From Ramazzottius varieornatus (Eukaryota; Animalia; Tardigrada), in contig BDGG01000014.1 in NCBI GenBank assembly GCA_001949185.1, positions 775,378-839,377 of the forward strand: a DNA stretch of 64,000 nt. The letters are read 5' to 3'. Position numbers and translations under genes: made by a program. Under the pieces are notes generated by a model that was given only the letters and a program-made list of their open reading frames with translations, did no database searches and was not told the origin of the DNA. Within the stretch, counting starts at the first letter, position 1; every line of letters starts with the position of its first letter. Positions 1 through 12,292 of the stretch are shown piece by piece.

Positions 1-89
1 ATTCAAGAAGATAGAGTAGAAAAATGGAACAACTATTAGTTTCTAATATTGGGAAAAAAGATTCAAAGTTGATGAGATTACTATGAGAT

Positions 90-243
90 GCCGACAAAAC
101 GTACCGTTCAAGAAAATGTTCGGCGCACGTTTCACTGTTATAAACTGGAAGCGTGCGCCACTTGGGAATCGCGTTTCCAGATGGCGCACGCTGTCAGTAT
201 GATTATCATCGCGGTAACGATCTTGCACGTTTCGTTTGTCGGC
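90..243. repeat. Intronic palindromic repeat family A, copy 1 (nAChR intron)
   Basis: Outer IR gccgacaaa/tttgtcggc. Inner hairpin ggcgcacg..cgtgcgccacttggga, plus a further gatggcgcacgc arm. Confidence 0.8.
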
Positions 244-259
244 CTTTCAGATGACTTAC

Positions 260-2027
260 CAAACGAAGGTGAAGACCAGAAATTTGGTCATCAGCGGCAT
301 AATATCCGAAGGCGGCAAAATATCGATCAGAATCAACAGAAAGATGACGATGGAGAAGAGGATAGAGATGGCCAAACAGAGCTTTTCGCCGGAAGCTGTG
401 GGTAAGTAGAAGATGAAGACAGTCAAGAAGGCGATACAAGCGCATGGAAGAAGGAACGTGATGACATAAAACTGGGATTTGCGAGCGACCAGCAAATCCA
501 GCTGGACGGATACGTCGGGTGAAGCACCACGACGTCGGTAGATCATACGGTACAGCCGAGCCAGCGGGACACTGGCCACGTCCCACGAGCCACTGGGTTG
601 TTCGCTGTAGTCTTTCAGCTCCATCTTGGGCGGATCGGCCAGCTCGAAGTCGACTTCCTTGGCGTGGTAAGTGACGGAACGGAAGACCATGTTACACAGC
701 TGAATCTAGGATGAAAGAAACACTTGTAACAATCTAATTGTATGGTAGAAAGATGCTTAGACCGAGGAAGACAGTGAGGTACTATTTGAACGTTCAATTA
801 CAAAAGCGATGCACAAAATTAATGTAAAATGTAAATGCGGACAAGTGACACCTAAATGAGTGTAACTCTCTCAGCCCTCACAAAGCAAATTTTAGTGTTT
901 GGACTCGTGTCTAAGTTTCCACCCGGATAACTTTGGCAGCCACTGTTTTCGAAAAAAAATTTGATACGGCTTTAGAAAACACGCTCATCGGAATATATTT
1001 CGCACGCATGGTCAGGTTTCGAAAGGGATCTGGGCGCTCCAAAGTTTTTTTTTCCCGGAAACGGCGGTTTTTTTTTACAAAACAGCCACTTTCTCTTTAC
1101 AGCTAGACGAATACGAATGGTTCGAATCTCCATGAGCTAATCCGAGTGCTGAATGATGGTACATCATATCGCAAAAAGTTTCGGCTAAACTACTTGGCTC
1201 CAACGGGAGAAAAAATACTCGAAGTTGCTGTTCCAAAACAGGGGACAAGTCATACCTCCGCACCTGATAACATGTGAATGACTTACGTCGAAAGGGAAGT
1301 ACAGTGGGTTGGTGTCACAGCCGCTCTTGAAGATGAAGGGTGGGACCCACAAGACCATGCCTGTATTGTAAATGACCACGTTGGAGCGATAATTGGGCCA
1401 GAATTGTCGGTCCACTCTACGGGAAAAAGATAGACTAGGCATTTGAAAATAATTTGTGCGGATGAAATAGGATAGTGCAACTGACGTGTTGGTCAGTGCG
1501 ACGTCCGGTTGCCAGACTTTGTCGACGGGCAAGCGTAAAACCGACAGTCCGTCGTACAGCTCGGGATTCCATATCAACCTCGTATCATCCCATTGCTACA
1601 CCGTATCCACAGTGAAATATACCGTAGAAGAAAAAACGTCCAAGTTGGACCGGTACCACTGCTTTAATACTTTGCCGTACCATCGCTTGGTCATACGTAC
1701 CATAGTTAAGTAGCCGTTGGTCTTCATTACTTGGTCCATGTCGCTCTATAAACCGAAATAGCCCTAGTACTGCACTGAGACTATTTTTCTTCGACTCTGG
1801 AAGAGCTGTACTTTGAAATTATACACAGTCTCCTGACTACATACCACGAAAACCAGAATGTTTAGTGTCAAGCCGAACTTGACGATGACCGTCTGGTTGG
1901 CCTGCTCCACGGGACGACTGAGCGTGTCATAATTGCGAGCCAGAAAGAGTTCCGTGATCAAGCGGTCTTGCGCCTCTGAGCCCCACACTGCAATAAAGAA
2001 ACAATGACAGAGCACTGCGATCCTCAT
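260..2027 (-). CDS. Nicotinic acetylcholine receptor, non-alpha (beta-like) subunit; 3' end runs off the window start
   Basis: Spliced exons 2027-1845, 1745-1701, 1595-1486, 1416-~1286 and 705-260 with GT/AG junctions. They encode a signal peptide, WNPELYDG..WQPD, a Cys-loop CDTNPLYFPFD|IQLC (Cx13C), TM1 and GEK-TM2 (cation-selective signature), and the start of TM3. No vicinal Cys pair in loop C. Confidence 0.93.
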
Positions 2028-2645
2028 GACGATCTGGTCCACATCAAGTGATACTGCACTAATCTGAATCTTACTGAATCTTACCTGCTGTGACAAGACA
2101 GTACAACAAATGTGCAGAAACAATAGATAAAAACATTTCAGTTACGACCGGAGGTACCCAAGTTACTTTGTGAAAATTAAGGGACAATTCCGCGGCTACA
2201 GCAAGATGTCATGAAGTGATGGGAAAAGTGGAAAGTGATAATGTGTTGATAGATATCGTTTAGCGAGGCATCATGGCGTGACACGAGCTTCGTTTTCATT
2301 GCTTCGTGCAAAAACAGCATCGGATGCTTAGCCGAGGACCGAGCTTCCTTACTGTGCCAAGCGGCAGGACAAAAATAACTTCGGCGGTTACTGCCTCACT
2401 CGCCACTGACATCTCACTTTCAGCTTATTTAATCGGGTCTCGTTGAGACCAACAGATCTGAACCTTTGAGATCAGATTCCGCATTTCAGTTGTACTGTAC
2501 AGTAAAAGGAAAAACTACAGTATGAGCTATCGAATTCGAACAATCTATACTTAACCGATCCACAGAGCTTTGTTCGACCCCCAGAATTCTGATTTCTAAA
2601 CTGAATTTCTCGGGCAGAGCAACCTTTGTAGTAAAATGTGGATTT

Positions 2646-5106
2646 CTATACGGTGAAAGCTTGGAGAAGCGCGCTCTCCTCCGCCCCGTCTGGGTAACAA
2701 ACGAACAGTTCCTTCAGCTTTTCGGGCAAGTTCCACCTGTAAAATCGGAGTGCACGGTTCGTAAATCTCATAGCAAAGTGGGCACTGCAGGCCACGGGTG
2801 AACTCAGACTTTACCCAGAAACCCAGTAGAATCTGGATAAATTCGGCGGTGGATATGAAATGCGCAAAGCAAGCTCCTGACGATCGTTCCTCTTCTTCTG
2901 CAAAATAACTCTCGTAGAGTGATCCAAGAGAGACACATTTCTTCGTCAACCAACCTTGAATTGGGCCCTGATGCGCGTGACCATCATCATAAAGTCCTTC
3001 TGCAAACTGGGTGGAACCACACTTAACTTGCGTTGATCATCGAGGAAAGACTGGAAAGAAAGCAGAGCGTTTTCTTTGTCGATCACCAGGCGAAAGGCCA
3101 GATCCATGCTTGGCCCGGCCGAGGGTGCGGGGGACACTGATACTCGAATGACCGTCGATGCGTCAGAGGTTGTGGACGTACTGGAAGAGGTGGATGGAGA
3201 ATGGCTGCCTTTCGACGAAGTGGACATACCGCTGACAGACATTTTCTCCGACAAGCTTCTCTCACTTCTTTCGGAAGACGAGGTGCTGGACTGCTTGCCA
3301 GACCTTCCTGAATTTTGCCACGGAAAAAACCTGTAGAAAATATGCAGTACTTATCGGAAAGACTGTAAAACCGTGATACCGGCATGCACCTACACACCGC
3401 TCTATCATGACAAAGCTACAGTGTATGGTATGCAGGTACGTGAAAAAGCCATGTACTTGGCTCTTGGCCTTCTTTAAGTCACAAAATACTGGCAATATGT
3501 CAGTATCTCGTACACGATATAATTATATACCCGGCCTTTCTTTTCAGAAGTCGACCGCATTTATCCACAACAGGGTGGGCCAGCGTCTTCTGGCATCCTC
3601 GGACTACTATCTCCAACAACGCCGCTGTTGCGCTAAGGTTGCCCTGTTCAATCCCGAAGAGCTCGACACAGGTACAGAGTATCGTGTCTTCTTTGCTGCA
3701 CCAGACCAGGTAGACCTCCATTTCGGCTGGGTTTTTCTTGTCCGAAGGGAAGACACGTATCAGACTTGTTTTGACTCTTGCTTTGTCTTCGCCCGTGTTC
3801 ACTTCCCGTAAACGCCGAAAACCTTTGCGGTGAAGTCGCATAAAGAGGCAGACGTCTTGTAAAAGCGAAGAAGCCTTATGTGAAGCAATTAGAACTTCCT
3901 AAGGAAGAAACAAGTGCAAAATGTAGCAAAACTTTCGACGTGACTTGGGTCAGGTGAACAAGCCTTCAGACCTTGAAGAATACGGATGTTCCAATGACGT
4001 AAACGCTCCCCGTAAATCCATCCCACGCATCCTACCCAGACGGGAAGCAACGCCTATTTCAGTTCAGAAAGCAGCTGAAAAGTGTGCTGGACGATCATGG
4101 GGGATACTTACTTGGTCGAAGATATCGCCGGCTTCAAAGGACAGCATTACCGCGTCCAGATGCTCGGTTTCCGGCGCCTGGTCGAAGGCGCTGAGGCTTA
4201 GGCTGATATCGTTCAAGGGCCAATGATCAATTACAGAGTTCACAACGTGGAAGACCATACCATCCAAGTCACTCCGAAAGTGCGCGTCCGCCAGACTTCT
4301 GCAAAAAGAGCACTTGGAGCTGGGCAAATAAAATCGGAAAACTCGGTTCTCCAAGTGGCGCAGGCTTCCAACCAGTAACACTGAAATCGTGCGCCACTTG
4401 GAACAGCAATGATGCAAAGCTCACATTCAGCTTAAGTTTCAGCTGCGATAATACGCATGACATCATCACGGATCCAAGTTGGCCCTGTATTAAAGATCAG
4501 GTGTCAAGCCCTAGAACGATGGCGTCATACGATGTCCAACCAGATTTAACCTGCCTCGATTTATTATTTTGACATGAAAATAGTATCATCAATATTTACG
4601 CGTATTAATCGCACTCACGTTGCTATATCCATCGATAAAAAACCCAGCAATCTGTAGACAGTCTGCAAAATTTCCTGTGGTGAGCAGGAAGAAGAATTTC
4701 TTTCGAGAGCGAAGAGGAGCAACAAGTTGCTGCGCGAGTCATTCATTGAAGCGACGGTATAGGTTGTCGCGTCGTGGGTAAGTTCCGTTGTTGATCTGAA
4801 ACACATACACGTTGTTGGAATACCAAGATTATGCTTGATAAAACGAGATGGTAGCTACGTGTTCGGGGAAAAATCCGCTGCATCAGACGGGAAGATACTG
4901 CGAGATAGGTCGAGTAGAGTAGAGATGGCACCATAAGTATCGAAGATCGCTTCCTCCGACGAAGGGTGTCTGTAGATACAGTCGGGTACTTCTGATAATC
5001 CCGCTTCGCCATTCTCGGACGAGACGATCGCCGAAGGGAAAACTCCAAAGGAAAATTTCGGAGACGACATCTTGAGCACTGTAGTGCTGCTGAACCGCGC
5101 GTCCAT
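2646..5106 (-). CDS. INTU: Inturned-like planar cell polarity effector (longin-domain CCZ1/HPS4/INTU family); further 5' exons probably extend to ~6020
   Basis: Phase-consistent GT-AG splicing (exons 5106-4859, 4796-4619, ~4319-4112, ~4031-3972, ~3899-3531, ~3330-2955, ~2898-2822, ~2737-2646). The product has motifs I recall from INTU: CIYRHP..GAISTLLDL, FEAGD..VIGTSVFFKEVLIASH..LIRVFP, KDFMMMVTRIRAQF, FYWVSG, ELFVCYPDG..AF-stop. Confidence 0.75.
4316..4405. repeat. Intronic palindromic repeat family A, copy 2 (INTU intron ~4320-4618)
   Basis: ggagctgggcaaataaaatcg ... ccaagtggcgcaggcttccaaccagtaacactgaaatcgtgcgccacttgg. Confidence 0.85.
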
Positions 5107-7039
5107 CTGAGATCAACTTGCCATAGAATCCGCTCTATCATGATACGGACTGTCCACCAAGATAACGCGCCGACTCCCGCACAAGAAGGCTAGGTTTGAT
5201 TCCGCAAAGTCTGCTTTTTGGTCTTCCAACAAGCCATAATTGTCACTTCGTAGTGCTTTTTGACCCAAAATGCACGTTCATTAGAGGTACACTCATCTAG
5301 CGTTAATTATGAGGGGAAAAATATTTGGCCACAGGCCGAAAGCGGCAACGCTTCGATTGATCGTCAGTTAAGCCGGAGATACCGCCTTCGGCCGGTAGGC
5401 AGAAATTTGTTCGTCGCAAATAATTAGGCAAGGCGCGTGTACGAAGCTTGCCTGCAGACACACGGACGATGTCATTAAAACAGGAACGAAGTACTGATGG
5501 AAGCATAAAGAAGGAGCGTCGGGATACATTTTGATAGCCAACCCTGTCCTCTTTGTTTGTCTACCACCGGGCAACTGCATGTGCGTGCTTGAGGCAGCCG
5601 GTTTTGCTGGACTTATCATATCACATACAGCCTAGGTGTACAAAGAAGACGGTCTCGACGAAGGCAATTACTCCTCTAGGACCAGTATCGGTAAACCACA
5701 CAACATAAATCGGCCGCATAATTTCAAGATAGGTTCGTGCTTTTTATGGATTTAAAGATAGCAGGGCCTTACAACTCGAATTACACGACGATCTTCTATT
5801 TCTTGATATTTACGTTTCTACGTATGCTAACGCGCTAGTACCATGTCCAGTTTTGACCAGTGAATCCAACGTTGGGAGACACGATGATTCTGAGTTTCCC
5901 GACTACGTGGAACTCAAGAATTTGTGCATCTACAAGCATCGTCGGGACGGATACTCCTTGGTTGTAGGGGATGCTTTGAACGATGTGTTGCAGTTTCAAA
6001 TGGACCTGTCTGGGCTATGGATATAAGATTATTTGGTTATCGACCAGCAGACTATAAACAGAGCAAATGTTTCAGGCTACTCGCGATTCAGTCGTGGCCG
6101 TTTCCTGCAAAATAAGGACGGTGGAGCCAATATCGTTGCCATTTACTATGATTTCAAGTTGCAGCCGGACAGAACGTTTTACGACGAAGGATAGTATTTT
6201 TTGTCAGCTCCACGAACCATCCTTCCGGAGCGCATTGTCGAATATGTGATGTACTTCTCTTCCGTTGACTATAACTGCACAGATTTCAATTACGCACTAC
6301 ACGTCGCGGATTTCATGGTCGCGAGAGAAAAATGCCTGCGTCCGCAGCAATAGATATTGGGAAAAGTTTGGAATACAGCGTTTGCCGGCATCCAAAAGCA
6401 CTTTTCACAGCAATAAACAAGGAATACCATGAAGGTTTGTTAATAGCCGTTTACTCATCATGCGAACGTGGTATTGTGATTTGAACACAGCTTTTTCAGA
6501 CTCTTTCTATGGATGCTGTCCAACGCCCGGTGGACTAAATCGATATAGATGTACGGCTCTTCAAAAATTTGTTCTGTACGGGTTGGGAGAGCCCCTACGC
6601 TGGAAAAGCGAAAGTGTTCTGTAATAGAAAAAGAGGATGGGGAAGAAATGAGCTCAAAAAATCGGCAGAAACGGCAAAAGAACAGGGAACTAAAGTGATA
6701 CCATCGATATCCGAGTGTTCCGCTAGCGTAAGTCATCTTAAATGAGATCCGTTATTAAAGTGCAACTCCGTATTAAATGTTTCTGGCTTCAAGCTTTCTG
6801 GTTCCAATTTCACACGAAAAATCGTCTTGATCAGTCTCCTATTCATTTTAAACGTGGTTTCTATTTCGAAAGACAGGAATGATTTCGGCATCAACGATCC
6901 AGGCAGAAATTTTGGACAAATTTCAGCTGGGCAGCATCCGCACATGGACATCTTCACCTTGGTCGGTATGGCTGAGCAGTCTTTCGGCGGTGATGAGTCC
7001 CTTTATCTTCCGTATCACCATCAGGATCTTTTTACCTTC

Positions 7040-10000
7040 TACATAAAGGAGAACGACAGATCGGAATGGTTAGCTTACCGTCCGACAGGGGGCGCCACGT
7101 ACTGTTACCATTGCTTCGATAACTGGGCTGACTATCCTCAGGACAAATCCGTCTGCCGCAAAACCTGGTGTAACTTTTCGGGGTCTACGAGAACCCAGGT
7201 ACTCCCGCGGCAGACAGGCAGAAAGTCCTTCGGCATGAGAAAACACCCATACACACCAAGTGCACCGAGAGAGACAAAGTGATGAAAGCAACACAGGTCG
7301 CGGATCTCTGGGTGGTTGACGAAACCATGAGATTGGAGCTACGCAAGAAATATGCTTCCACTGTAAAAATGTTCGATCTAGTCTACACTGAAGCCTATTT
7401 CTACGTATCTTATTCATCTCATGCGGAATTCATGAACCAAGTTAGAAGATACGGCGTCGATATAGGAAACTCGCACATGTCGCGGTGGGCAGCTGGAAAA
7501 ATCTCGACTTACATCAGCATGCAGATGCGCTATATGCTGGTGGCATGGCTGACGAAGACACAGCCATATTTCGGTGTGATGATCGACGAGTCCACTGACC
7601 GTGGTGGCTCGCAGAACCTCATCATGCACATTCGCGTCGAGATCGATGGAGACCCAGTGTCGGTCTTTTGGGGACTAGTCAAGTTGAGAAAGACCACGAG
7701 CGCTGCAGACATGACTGACGCACCACTGGATGATTTAATCGCGTCACAGGCCAATAACTTGTTGGGTCTTAAGCGAGACTACATGGTCAGGAAGTGGGTT
7801 GGGTTCGCAACTGACGGTGCGTTGGCACTAACCGGAAATGACAAAGTGGCTAACGAACTTGCGGAACAATTCACCCTCATAATGTCCACTCACTGCATTG
7901 CCCATCGTCCACAGCTTACTTTTTTCAACACGGTAAAAAATGCATTTCATCAAATTCGAGAATGCAGTCCGTGATATTCACTCGTAGTACTCCAGGTAAG
8001 AAAAGTGGTAGCACAAACTTTCTGACTGCTTCCATGTAGAAGATTGGTGAACACAGTCCACCGAACAGGACAAAAAACACGGCAATGCCTTTGTCTTTTG
8101 AAATATGGTCCGACATGAGCTGCTGAGACCTGACCGTGGCAAACCCGTACTTACTTTGCATACAAGACATGAAAGGACAGAAGCTACTCGACCAACCGCT
8201 ATCGATAGCGTCATTTCCTTCCTGTGTTTCACTAGTCGCTTGACCATTATGCGGTGTATGTGGGCGATGCGCTGCCCGCTACGGATAAGTTCCCTAGTTT
8301 CCGAATTTACAACTAACTGAGGAGAGGCGCGCAGTTCTATTATAGCCGGTGATTTGTCTGCAAACGCAATGATGTGGGAACCGATTACGCATACGACTCC
8401 TTCCCCCACTATGGAATTGCCAATCGCACAGTAGTTGACCGTAAATCTAAAGTTGGAGGAGTGAGACCCCAGCAGGCATCCCGGTGTGTTTTGCGTCCAT
8501 CGATAACGATGGCCGCGCCGCACTTCGCATAACACAGCACACGTCTACGGTTTATTCAATGATGGAGGAATAGTCAAAGACCGCCGTATTGTACCCCATT
8601 TGGAAACTAAGTACATACGGTGGCAGTAATGTACACCATCGTTTAATGCCGATTCCATCTATTAGGGAACGTACTAACATCCAGAGAAATCGGGAGTGGG
8701 CTGCTGGAGCTATCTAAAGGTGGAGACCGTTAACAGTGAATGCTGAGGAAGAGCTACGGGAATATGGCTCCGATAGTGGTCTCTGTCGTGTAAGCGCCAA
8801 TTCCAGATAATCACACAGGGAACACAATACCTATATCACTGTGGGTCCTTCTGGTATTGTCGTTGCTCCTTTGGCCACGTTCTGTAATCACGTGAAAGCA
8901 TAGTTTAAGTTCTACCGACGGCTCCCCAGTCGTGCGTTATGGGTATCACCCTGAAACAATACTCCCATCAAAAGTGCTCACTTTCCGTTACGAATCAGGA
9001 ACACCTTCAGGTGACCTTGGAACAATCTTCCAACATTCGATAACTCATGAGTGTGTGTCGTATTATTTGAGGTTTAGCGCGACCATGATCTTCGCTCACA
9101 TGCACCGCATAATTACTAAACGTGTCTGCACTATAAGAAAAAATCACACTCCGGTGACACCATTGACGGTCAATGGAGCTCACGATGTGGGATATGCCTG
9201 CTGATAATATTTCAACGTTTCGTTCGCGATCGTGCATCCGATGAGCTACTGCTCTGCAGGTCCCCAAAGACACAAGAAGACTTTAAAGCGTAATGGATCT
9301 TCTGGACCAAGATTTCCTGCAGCCCAAAAAGCTTGTAGAGATCCGGTGGGTAGCGTTAGAGCAGGCCGCGATACGAGCGATCATCCGCGACTACAACGGA
9401 CTTGTCTTAGACATTTGTGAGGCCATGTTCTTGGCGGCTGAAGGTGGTCCCCTGAAATCTCGGTTGATCAACCTCTACAACTTTATCACATAAACTCAAT
9501 TCCCCTTAACTATTCACTTTCTTCAAGATCTGCTCGCTGAGCTATCCAAATTATCGGCGAGGTTTCAGAGAGAAGATTAGCGGGTTTTCGACTTTTACAT
9601 GACACCCTGGAAGAGTTCGTCAAGGTACTGGACAGTTGGGAGCATAACGAGTCTATCACGACACTGAAGGACAAAATCAAGTTCCAACATGGCCTAGTCT
9701 TCTTTCAGGAGCGTCCAGAAACAGTCGATACACCAGTTAACGGTAAGAAACAATTAATCGTGCCGATAACATTAAGCGTAGGCAAAGCTTTTCCTCCTCT
9801 GTTTTTCACTGAAGACTATAACGGCAACTCTTTTACGGCTTTTCGCAAGGAGTCCGTGGTCCTACTGCAAAATGTTCTCTTATTCTTCAACTTGCGTTTT
9901 CCCGAAACGGAAGCGACGAGACACTTCCGGGTGTTCCAGTGGAACAAAATTCCTCGCGAGAGCGGACGCTATGGCGATACATACATACAAGTGCTGGCCT

Positions 10001-10513
10001 GATACTTTGGACTCAACCCGCTTACAATCCTAGCACAGTGGACCAAGTTTAAAGCAGTTTACAGCACTATTCGAGCCAGTTTGCTGGATAAAGGAAAACG
10101 CCATTCTCATGCATAACATTCTGCGTGAAAGACACATCGTCTTCGAAGACGAAGACTCTGAGCTGGAACAGCTGTTTGTTGTCGCTCCTGTACTTCCGGC
10201 CAGTACGGCAACTTGCGAACGAGGTTTCTCCATCCAGAATGTAATCAAAACTATACGTCGAACTCGACTGAACAAACGAAGCTTGGACTCGCTCAGGCGG
10301 ATAGTCATAAACGGGCCGCCACCAGGAGAAATGGACTACCTGAATATCATCGTGTCATGGATACGGTCTGGCAATTTTCCTTCTGAGTGGAATCCACCCC
10401 AAGCAAGCGCCGCTGATAGTGAGGATCTCGAAGAAATAGACTGGCAGCAGATATTGACGCGATCTCCAGACAGCGTGCACAAGTCTAACATTATACGCGG
10501 GAAATCGCCGTAG
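7040..10513 (+). pseudogene. hAT-superfamily (ZNF862-like) transposase, frameshifted and stop-containing, split by a 1264-nt intron
   Basis: N-terminal WLAY..YCYHC zinc finger; IDESTD, ATDGA, HCIAH and IRW motifs; hATC dimerisation region LPASTATCERGFSIQNVIKT..R.RL; several frameshifts and stops. Terminal inverted repeats were not located. Confidence 0.9.
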
Positions 10514-11028
10514 ACGAGGTAAGAGGTTTTTGGCCGTATTTGTTCATCTAAAGACAACTGACAGTCTGTGAGACATTGTGCCTTTCCTTGTAGAGAGAAG
10601 CAGGATCGGAACGTCATACGAACCTAGCGAAGACCACTACGTTGTACAAAACACATCACCGTACAGTCCCCTCCTGGAATATTTCCTGTACTTTCCACTT
10701 GGAGTTGCTGCCATATTCCGGATTTGTGATCTCGACTAGGATCTGGAGTGAAAATTCACGGGAGATCACACAGTGATGTGTTTTGTAAACCGCACAGGAA
10801 GGGTCTTCACTCCAATATTCGCGCAGTCCTTTGTCTAACTTTTCCACGTACCTCCTTCAAATATTCGACTTACCTTCGCCAAATATTTGGTGCGTGTAAT
10901 GCACCAGTGTTACATATTTTTCATCAATAACCATTATACTTCGAACTGTTGTAATTGTCCAAGTTTACTTGATTTTCGCAATATGATACCACTCAAAATT
11001 CGCTCTCGTTACCGTTATCCTTGCAGTG

Positions 11029-11800
11029 TTTCTTCCGACCGGAATTGCTGCCCAGCATAACCGTAAGTTTGCCTGTAAGAGAAGGTTCTGCTTGTAGTCC
11101 ACTTTACAGATGGTCGTAATTTAACATGGTTAGATCCTCCGTGACTTCCAATCAGTCCACTCATATTGCCTAAGCTTGATTATTGAATGATCCAAAATCA
11201 TGGATGGTATAGTTGCGTCAGTCTACAGCCATCGGTGAAGCTTCCTTTACCCTTAAACATGTCTTGTTTCAGGCGGTAAGAACCGTATCCAGCCTACTAC
11301 GGTAGCTTGCAACACGACCGCCCTACCGGAAGTGAAGATGGGAGAAGTTTCCTCCAGTGTCCCGCTGCACCTCCATGCTCACCTTCTCCTCCATGTCCGG
11401 CTGTACCTCCCTGCCCAGCTATTCCTCCCTGTCCAACATACAACCGAACGGAGCACGACCTGGAACATCGAAAGGATCGTGGTGCCAAGCACGGGGACAC
11501 TGGTGAGGGAAGTGCACCCCTCCGTTCGCGAAGACTTACTCGAAGGTTGCCGGCATGGAATTCGGCGCAGGAACATCCTGCAACGGAACGTCGTCGGAAT
11601 TCCTCCTTACCCTAGGACTGGGTTCGACAGGCATGCTGTGCTTCACGGCCATCGCCCTAGGCTACTTGTAGTATCTGGGCAAGAAGTACCGATCAGCTCC
11701 AGCTGAGGACATGGTGGAGAAGGGATGGAAGGCTAAAAAGACACTAAACATCGTCAAACAGAAGCTGGGCCATCGCCGCCGAAACAGCTGGAGCTGATCG
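11029..11800 (+). pseudogene. Possible decayed single-pass membrane protein gene with PPCPxx repeats
   Basis: Small exon ending at gtaagt (~11063) and an acceptor at 11272. CPAAPPCSPSPPCPAVPPCPAIPPCP repeat in one frame; hydrophobic segment LLTLGLGSTGMLCFTAIALGYL followed by KK in another frame. Confidence 0.3.
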
Positions 11801-12292
11801 GTACGTTGAGTCAGGATGCTCGTTTTACTTTCTCATTTGAATTTTCTTTTATTTCTTGACGTTTACCTTGTTGTTTTCCATATCTAAACGGAGTCTTTCA
11901 TTTTTGCGTGATACCGCTTTCGACGCTAGATGTTCTATTGTTTTGTTCCCTTGATTGGACTTTTGTCCGCTTTGTACAGTTTTAACTTGTAAATGGTCAC
12001 CCGACGTGTTTCCCTTCCCACTTCCGCTGCAGACGTAAGCAATCAAGAGCTTGATCGTGCGTTTCGCTCTCCAGCAACGCGCGGTTCAGCAGCACATCAC
12101 TGATTTTGAGCGTGAAGAAACCGCAAAGAATAATACTAATTATTGTTTGGGAGGAATGCGCATCCCCTTTGCTACACGCTTTCACATGTATCATACCTTG
12201 TTGAAAGCACGGTTAATCGCACAGACCTATGACTGGGTTACATTTGATCGAGTTTGATTCGTTGATTGGCAACTGTTTTCTGGATTTTTGAT

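Noticed and set aside
2596-2949. 117-aa ORF with CPLC..C suggesting a zinc finger or a frameshifted pseudogene
   Set aside because: Explained as off-frame and intronic read-through of the last INTU exons.
12051-12257. Short ORF with PFATRFHMYHTLLKARL resembling the hAT PTRW motif
   Set aside because: Too short and weak to call without a search.
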